A stretch of DNA of 14,817 bases from Tubiluchus corallicola (Eukaryota; Animalia; Priapulida): NCBI GenBank assembly GCA_030141605.1, contig JAQGDQ010002107.1:1-14817 (forward strand). Direction: 5' to 3'. The translations under genes and the position numbers were made by a program. The notes under the pieces were generated by a model. The model was not told the origin of the DNA, did not search any database, and saw only the letters and a list, made by a program, of their open reading frames with translations. Below, in pieces: positions 7,600 to 14,817 of the stretch. The stretch's first letter is position 1. Each line of letters begins with the position of its first letter.

Positions 7600-8573
7600 T
7601 TTTTACTTTGTATGTTACAGTCGTTCTTTCTAATAACGGTTATATTTTAATTGTTCTTGAGAAGTTAATATTGCATGCAAAACGTTCAGACATCTAACTA
7701 GTTCGAATGTTCCACACCAGAGGTCTTTATAACGAGCCGCCAGCAGCTAGCGAGGCGCTTTAACCAAATTGTAATTTTCTCTCCCAGCTGCCACGCGGTT
7801 TTAAATTAATTACGCGCCCATTGGGTATTGAATTAAGTAAAGTGCTTAAAGTTCGTTTTGTTTTTATTGATTTTTAGACATCGCGTTCGTTGCAGCGTAA
7901 AACATTTATAGTTGGTCTGTCTTTCTGCCGAGTTGCGTAATGTTGCATGCAAAACGTGACTCGCTTGCAGCTTTCCCACAGCATCAAGCCTCCCAGTTAA
8001 ATTCGTCATTACTGGTATGGGAGAAATGAGCTCATAGGACCTTATTGCATGAATCTTGATTCGTATTGGAAACAAAGACGCGACCAGAATAAATTCTTAC
8101 TGGTTAGAAATTGCAGTACATGTAATTTACGGTAGAACACAAAGCGGAAATCTGCATGACAGACTTAGACGACCACTTGCTCTTTCGCCAACCCGCCTTT
8201 CTTTACATTTTGTAGACAATTATAACTATGTACTTCCAGTAATTATTTGAAGGCAAAAAATTATTCTGAATCTGAAAAGCTAAGGTTATGTGACTATGCG
8301 AGCCTTACGTTTGTGAGTGAATGCTTACTAATGACAAATCAACCTAGCATCATTTTTTAAATCAGATTGCTGCAACGTCAGATGAACCTGAAAGCCACAT
8401 TTTTGTAATTTTGTCTGAACACGCGCAGGTGAAAAGTGCTGATATTTAGACTAGATATTTTCTTCTAAGTTGGCATTATAGCCATGCTCAACAGTCTCAA
8501 CGGTTTAATTAAGATACATCGAATAAAGACATTGCTACTATAAAAATTAATATAAGGGTGCCAGACAAACAAA

Positions 8574-8810
8574 AGAACGAACGAACGAGTGGCCGAACGA
8601 GTGGACGGACGAACGGACGAACGAACGAGTGGCCGAACGAGTGGACGGACGAACGGACGAACGAACGAGCGGCCGAACGAGTGGACGAACGAACGAACGA
8701 ACGAACGAGCGGCCGAACGAGTGGACGGACGAACGAACGAACGAGCGGCCGAAAGAGTGGACGGACGAACGGGCGAACGAACGAACGAACGAACAAATAA
8801 ATGAACAAAC
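8574..8810. repeat. GAAC-derived tetranucleotide array with a 40-bp higher-order period
   Basis: The marker GAGYGGCC starts at 8587, 8627, 8667, 8707 and 8743 (spacings 40, 40, 40, 36). The array explains the five ORFs between 8465 and 8823. Confidence 0.95.
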
Positions 8811-9246
8811 AATGTGGTTCTAATTTAAGTTATTTCGCAAAAATTAGGAAAACTTATAAAAATTTTCAAAAGTTGGCAGCTTTAGTATATTTTCTATGAA
8901 TTAGATTCGCTTAGCTAAGTGGACTTAACTTAAAGGAAGTTCTTTTTATCGGTTTCACTAAAACAAATTGGTTGGCAAATTATTCTGTGAAACAGATAAG
9001 ATGGATTAAACGTATTGATGAATTATAGTGCATGGTAATAGATGAATTATAATTGGCACCAGCTCATTGCTTTCGCTGCTAACTCGCTTGCATTGGAATG
9101 CACTGATTTTGGCATCTAGGGATTGTGTTCATTTTCCAGCAAGCTTGAGTGCTCGTATGCTGAATAGCATCCGGCTAACGGCATTGTCCTCCCCAAAGAT
9201 TCGGCGATGCATGTAGACTTGTGATAAGCAAAGATTTAACTTGGCT

Positions 9247-9432
9247 TCATGTATAGCCAATACTCAGAGGCTTCAGTTGTGATCGTACAGTTATGATGGA
9301 CGCTGCTATGAAAGCACGAGAAAACTCTCCACTTACACAAAGCTTAAAAAATTCGTCTTGAAATGTTACACCACTTACGTACTGCCTTTTTGTATACAGG
9401 GCTTGCGTCGGCAGTAGCGCCGTATAAAACAT
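9247..9432 (-). pseudogene. Possible decayed pogo/Tigger-like DDE transposase fragment
   Basis: FYTALLPTQALYTK...VSG...LCVSGE...LKPLSIG loosely resembles pogo LFYRALP..TL..K....G...LC...GE.LKPLVIG. The upstream DETG and downstream KAWMT motifs were not found, and the spacing is off. Confidence 0.25.
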
Positions 9433-11373
9433 GTAAATTTAAACACCCGAGATGACCGTTAGACGCAGCCATTTTGACGATAAGTCATTTGAAACAAGTT
9501 TAAATAACACTGAGTAAAGTTTGAAAAAATAATCACAGCATTCGTAGGGCACACGTCACGAACTAAGGAAAATTTTAAATTACTGCATCTTGTCAATACG
9601 TTTAAAAATACGTTTTTAGTCAGTGAGTGGCGCACCCTGGAGGTGAGTCAACGACGTTTTACCAGTTGATGAAAACATTTTAAATAATTAATAATTATCT
9701 AGTTACATAAGTTTTTCAAGCAGGTAAGCAAAATGCTAAGTAATAAAACTTTGCATGGAAAGTTTGTTGGGACATAATTTAACATCCCCCCCCCCTGATT
9801 TACGTTGTGCGTATTTGACGTCATGTAATGGTGCGGTTTGCGGGATATTTAAAATGAAAACAAACAAAAAATCCTATCAACGCGAGTACTACATACGCAT
9901 AAATTGCTATAAAGTAATATAATTTTTTAAGGCGATTTTTGTAAAACTTACTTCAGGCGCCCTTTTCTTGTTCTTTAAGGAAGCAAAAACAAGAACTTTA
10001 TAAACTGCGCCTTACAAAAATACGTATGGTTTCCTTCCGTATTGGTAGCAGGATATCTTATTGTTGCAGGTACAAATGTTTTGGTCCATTACCCCTTCTC
10101 AAGGTAGTATATGCATTAGAAGCCACAATATATTAGACTGTAGTTCAACAAGCTATACTACTTTTTCTACTGTGACATTGTATAGGTGGAACTTGTTACG
10201 TACACATGTCTCTTTAACATTTAAAATCTGACTTATAATTATACTGCTACCTTTTACTGACATTCTGGCTTTTTCTCGACTCAATATTGGACCAATAATG
10301 TACGTATGCATTTTAGCTTTTTAGTGTAACGTAGTAATCTGTAGCACTTATTTGCTTGCACTTATTTCAGTAGTTTTGTAGAGGTAGTAATTGTAGAATA
10401 CAGAAAATTTGTATTTTGCAGAATAAACTAACATAGATATGGGAACGCAACTTTGGTTTGACCGTATACATTATTACACTTATTATAAGTAACAATGTAT
10501 GTTAAGGGAACTGTTAGTATATTTTAAGTCAAGCGAGGCAATTGCAAATATTCGTCTGTTAGTCGGATCAAGGAAAAAGCGTGTGTCAGAGTGTAAAAGG
10601 TTGTCGTGAAAGTTGAGCGTCATTAAACCTGTTCTATACATTCGCTTTTGCGATGTCTTTGGATAATGGATTCAATGGGTGCAATGCACTTATTTCTACG
10701 CGAATTTCAACATTTCTTCTCTGTAACCCCACTCACCGGATGTCAGCAAATGATAGTTTGCCATCTTGCATGTCACTAGAAGGCTTTTTAGAAAGCTTCA
10801 ATCCGACATCTCAGTCACTCAGATACTCAGTTACTACTATCCCATTATAGCAATTCACAAAGAAATGTTTTTGCGGGACCCGCCTGTAATAAATTAGTGC
10901 GCAGAGGAAAATAGTGCGTCTTTGTTCGCTTTTTTGTCTGCGCCACTTATCTTTGGCTTAAGCTGTAGACGCATTTATCACGACCACAGACGACATTTTC
11001 AAGAAGAAATTCGGCGAAGAAAAGTTATGAATCATAAATGTTGAGCGCTTTCACAAGTCGCGTATCTAGTTTTTTAAACAAAATTACAGAAATGTGATCA
11101 AAAATTCAAATAAATTAACAGATTTTGCAATAGCGATAGCGATGCGTGCGTGCGTCACGGATGCGTTGCATTTTTACAGAATTTCTTGAAATTTCGCACC
11201 TGCCGCGTTCTGGGCAAATCGTATAATAGGCTTTAATCATGTTATGTACGCAGATGACAGCGATCGACAACGGCCAGACGATGTTATGAATATTTTCGTG
11301 TAACCTTTATTCACCACTAAATTATCAGGAATATGTTTTTATCATGTTGTGCGTACAGTGCAAAACTAGTATA

Positions 11374-11423
11374 AGAGGTGCCGTTAAAGTGTGGCTTCAG
11401 AGGTGCCTTTAAAGTGTGGCTTC
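11374..11423. repeat. 25-bp tandem duplication
   Basis: AGAGGTGCCGTTAAAGTGTGGCTTC is followed directly by AGAGGTGCCTTTAAAGTGTGGCTTC (one mismatch). Confidence 0.9.
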
Positions 11424-11577
11424 CCTGTTAACGTATCAATAGTAAGAACAGCTTTTCGCTAACTTCTTATATTCGACAGATAACTAAACTCTAATTCGTA
11501 ATTTAAAACGGTAATCTATATAAGCAATTTTTGTTACGTATTATATATGCATGTGGTGTTTATATTGTGATAATTTC

Positions 11578-11728
11578 ATGTAAATTTTGTCTTATGTTTG
11601 TTATGTACTTGAATCTTTTCGTGTTTGTGCCTATGTATTGTATTATGTATTATGTGAATATCGCAATAAATTGATGTAAATTTTGTCTTACGTTTTTTAT
11701 GTACTTTACTTTTCTTGTTGTGCCTATG
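11578..11728. repeat. Imperfect direct duplication of about 57 bp
   Basis: ATGTAAATTTTGTCTTA...TTATGTACTT...TTGTGCCTATG occurs at 11578-11635 and 11674-11728. Confidence 0.8.
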
Positions 11729-11800
11729 ATTTATATTTTGTACAAATTGAACTTACGTATAATGAGTGTATTAAATTTTAGTTTTATGTTTTAGGAGTTC

Positions 11801-11912
11801 ATAGTTTTGCACTGGACGCATTTGCCTTTAGCAGTGTTTTAATATTGAAAATGTTTTTAACACTGGGGATTGTGATCTATTTTATGACAAATAAAGCTTA
11901 TTATTTAGTATT
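11801..11912 (+). mobile_element. LINE/SINE-like 3' tail, copy 2 (CR1/L2-like)
   Basis: Contains GACGCATTTGCC (11815-11826), the stem CAGTGTT (11832-11838)/AACACTG (11859-11865), AAATAAAG (11889-11896) and a short (TTA)n tail. It is homologous to 7268-7389. Confidence 0.6.
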
Positions 11913-12739
11913 ATATACGTATTATTACCGTAAAAACACGCTTTTTAAACTCCAAAATATTAACGTATCGTAGGCTTTAATTACAGTTAAAAAGTCACCT
12001 GTTTGACGATATTCCAAACATTGTTTAGCTTTGCTGATCTTTAAAAACATTTAAAAAGAAGCATTTGTTCATCATTAAAAGCAAAAAGCGCCCCCTTTAG
12101 CATGTTTCAGTTAAATTTGTTGGAAAAACGTTTTGACTTAAGTATAGGAAATAAATAGTTTTAAATTTGTATAAATATAGTTCCAAACTTTTTTAAATTT
12201 AGGATACCAAATCAAAGCGTTTTATAGTATATTCAGAAAAGTTGTATTGTTAATTTTTGCTCAGAAATTCGACGAATTTTACGGTGAAACCAATATCAGT
12301 TTTTAACGAACATGCATTTTATATCAACATTGCCACATTAGCGCCTGTGAAGCAGCGCTGTAAATTTTTTAATTATTGCTGCTTTTAGCTACGAATAAAA
12401 GCTTAATCAGCCTTCAAAGCGGCGCAATATTTATCACATGACGTTAGTAATGGTAACTAGTTATCCAATACCAAGTGCCATGCTCTGTTGTAATTTTATA
12501 TTGCCAGCCAATTTTGCTGACATCGGCCTGGTTAACACGGTTGACAGTCAGGCCCCAGTGTGTGATACGTTGCTCTAATTAGTGTCATTAAATCATTCCT
12601 GCATCCTCCATCAGTGCAGAGGCAAAGTAAGCACCATTCGACCATGTCTCGTGTGTATAATTTTCTGATTTAGCAATGATATGTCGAGAAAAGAAAAAGG
12701 TTAACGTGAGCGCGCTTGCGCAGAAAGATAGAATAATAT

Positions 12740-12876
12740 TGTAACGGGTCCGGGTTCCATTCCAGGCGGCAATTTCGGATCCCACTTATGTGCATCAGTG
12801 TAACGGGTCCGGGTTCCATTCCAGGCGGCAATTTCGGATCCCACTTATGTGCACCAGTGTAACCAATCCGGGTTCC
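12740..12876. repeat. 59-bp GC-rich tandem repeat, about 2.3 copies
   Basis: Copies at 12740-12798 and 12799-12857 differ by one base. A partial third copy begins at 12858. Confidence 0.95.
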
Positions 12877-13190
12877 TGCGAGGATCCCTCTCAGGATGTA
12901 TAGAGCGGCATACAAGTTATGAAATACTTTACAGCAGACGAGAAAAGTAAAAAGAATACGAATGTAAAATAAACTTTAATGCACAACCAGTAGCTCCATG
13001 ACATGTGAACAGACTTTGGTATAAAAATCAGCAAACCTACAGCATTCACCTTTACAGACAGAAAGGCCAGGTTGGAATCGTCAAATTACCGAGTGCATTC
13101 TGTTTTATACAGGTAGATTTACATTACTGGGCTTCTCAACCATACCCATTACTAACATTAGGGGGTTGGTCAAAGTCTGCCTTCGTAACA
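12740..13190 (-). mobile_element. Candidate solo LTR (451 bp)
   Basis: TG...CA ends carry a 6/7 inverted match, TGTAACG/CGTAACA. The flanks ATAT (12736-12739) and GTAT (13191-13194) form a 3/4 match to a 4-bp TSD. ATTAAA lies on the minus strand at about 12974-12979. Confidence 0.4.
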
Positions 13191-13265
13191 GTATGCCATG
13201 TCAATTTTTAAATTTTTTACGGGGTGATTCGAAAATAATCGTGTCCAAAATGACATTTAATGAAC

Positions 13266-13301
13266 AATGGCAAAATGCCAAAATGCCGAAATGCCGAAAT
13301 G
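13266..13301. repeat. Short 8-bp tandem repeat (RAAATGCC), about 4 copies
   Basis: Reads AATGGCAAAATGCCAAAATGCCGAAATGCCGAAATG. Confidence 0.75.
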
Positions 13302-13935
13302 ATATTTAGTAGATACTCGGAGAAATGGGAGAGTTGAGGTAGCAATAACTTTGATGATAGTGGTAGAAAAATGCAAGCAATGAAACAATGAAATTTCTGT
13401 TATTTCATGCAGTTTGTTACTCTTCAAGTTTTTATTTGACTTAAAAATGAGGTAGTATATGAAAAATCATCCTGTCTTCCTTTAAGCAACTTTCACAAAA
13501 TCATAGTGTGAGAAAAATACAGATTTTTCCGTAAACTTTTACTTAAAAGCTTGGGTTAGCTTCTCGTAATTCCATTATGTGCTCTGCCATCATTTTTATC
13601 GGATGTTTTTGACCTCTAATGGGTTTGAAGCCAACCGGAGGTCGGGGTGCTTAATGGACAGGACCGACAAAACTGTTGTCAGGATGCTCTCATTGCATAA
13701 ATTGCGGCCAGGAAGCCATGCAGAGGTATTGATTCCACAGATCTTCCACAGACTGAGCAGTGTCGTCAAGAATGGGCCAAAAATGAATGCAATGTATTGA
13801 GACATACTGACAGCAGTGATGATTACTCGAAGCGTGAGGACTAATAGGTAGAGGAGGCGAGTAGAGGACAAATGCCTTATGGTGCATTACAGATTGCAGA
13901 CGTGCCATTCTGGTCTTGGACTCGCTACTTATTCT

Positions 13936-14430
13936 GTAAAAAACGTACAGTTTGAGTCTGCCGTTTGCACTGTAAAAACGGACCGACTGGGTCCACTGTT
14001 TACATTCCGAAAACGGACAGAGTTAGTCTTCTGTTTAAACTCCAAAAATAGACCAACGGAGCCCACTGTTTGCACTGCAAAAATGGACAGACTGAGTCCA
14101 CTATTTGCACTGCAAAAACGGACCGACTGAGTCCATTATTTGCATTGTAAAAACGGACCGACTGAGTCCACCGTTTGCACTGTAAAAACGGACCGACTGA
14201 GTCCACTGTTTGCACTGCAAAAACGGGCAGCACTGCAAAAACGGGCAGACCGAGCGCACTGTTTGCAAAAATCGCCAGAGTTAGTTACCGTTTAAACTCC
14301 AGAAATGGGCCGACTGAGTACACTGTTTGCTGCACAAAAACGGAAGGAGTCACTGCTATAATAGATCGACTGAGTTTACTCTTTAGACTGCAAAAACGGA
14401 CGGAGTTAGTCCTCTTGTTAAATTGCAAAT
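13936..14430. repeat. 35-bp minisatellite, about 14 units, consensus GCACTGCAAAAACGGACCGACTGAGTCCACTGTTT
   Basis: GACTGAGTCC starts at 14090, 14125, 14160 and 14195 (period 35). The core is homogeneous and the edges are degenerate. It explains the ORFs from 13879 to 14534. Confidence 0.92.
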
Positions 14431-14817
14431 GGCTGAATCTACAGCCTAACGGCAAAACTGCCGTAAAACTAATTCACATCAAAATCGTTTGTGCATTAAA
14501 CACAACAGACCATATGCGTCTACAACGAGTCTAACCCAGAGTAATTGTTTTTCAGGTTTGCCACTCTAAATAAAGACATTTTAGATCTTCCTCGGCCCAC
14601 CGAACGCACTCACAAGCGCCTCCAAAAACACTCTATGAAATGTTATAGCACAACAAGAAGTTATGTTCAGAGTTAAAAACAACAAACTTTATTAAAACTT
14701 TTACTTTAAAATCATGCCAGAAGTTTCGACAAACTACTGCTGTCATCATCAGTGGTAAATTTACAAACATACAACTAGTTTGTATGGGCAGAGCTTATTG
14801 TGCACTAATTATATATA

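Noticed and set aside
7351-7650. Poly-Ala/Thr or poly-Leu protein
   Set aside because: These are translations of a microsatellite that lies just downstream of an AATAAA-bearing retroposon-like tail.
8465-8823. Five ORFs with RSFV/ERTN repeats
   Set aside because: They are artefacts of a stop-free tetranucleotide repeat.
10620-10870. Coding remnant (ORF 10653-10850 and a long minus frame with two stops)
   Set aside because: No recognisable motif was found in the frames I read.
11310-11480. CR1/L2 ORF2 C-terminus (SIRGAVKVW) upstream of tail copy 2
   Set aside because: The position is plausible, but the match is too short and degenerate to support without a search.
11927-12285. Tc1/pogo-type MITE with TIR ACCGTAAAA/TTTTACGGT
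   Set aside because: The inverted match is only 9 bp and the right flank reads TG rather than a TA TSD.
13579-13920. Host-gene exon in this more GC-balanced stretch
   Set aside because: The overlapping short ORFs lie on both strands with no recognisable domain. The longest minus frame has two stops, and the apparent splice acceptor lies inside the 35-bp repeat.
13936-14430. CRISPR array (35-bp palindromic repeats)
   Set aside because: There are no spacers, the edges decay gradually as in a minisatellite, and there are no cas genes.

Overview
This is an AT-rich, repeat-dense window that looks like non-coding DNA from an invertebrate animal. It has no operons, no intact protein-coding gene and no CRISPR array, and most ORF-track entries are artefacts of tandem repeats. 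The best-supported element is a 532-bp retroposon at 4529-5060 (+) flanked by an exact 11-bp target-site duplication (TSD). It consists of a nearly full-length 5S rRNA head with a Pol III internal promoter, a structured GC-rich body containing a candidate pseudoknot, and a tail from the extreme 3' end of an RTE-clade LINE (translates SRIGLLSHSRRC). It is therefore a 5S-headed, probably RTE-mobilised SINE3. About 200 bp upstream is a separate 210-bp 5'-truncated RTE/BovB-like 3' end (-) with its own exact 10-bp TSD. Other mobile-element remnants are a CR1/L2 RT fragment, a second decayed RTE-like fragment, a small MITE, two diverged copies of a LINE-like 3' tail (one ending in a 210-bp ACT/GCT microsatellite) and a candidate solo LTR. 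Tandem repeats include a ~53-copy 33-bp minisatellite, a 40-bp higher-order tetranucleotide repeat and a 35-bp palindromic minisatellite. All family assignments come from motif recognition by eye; no database search was run.
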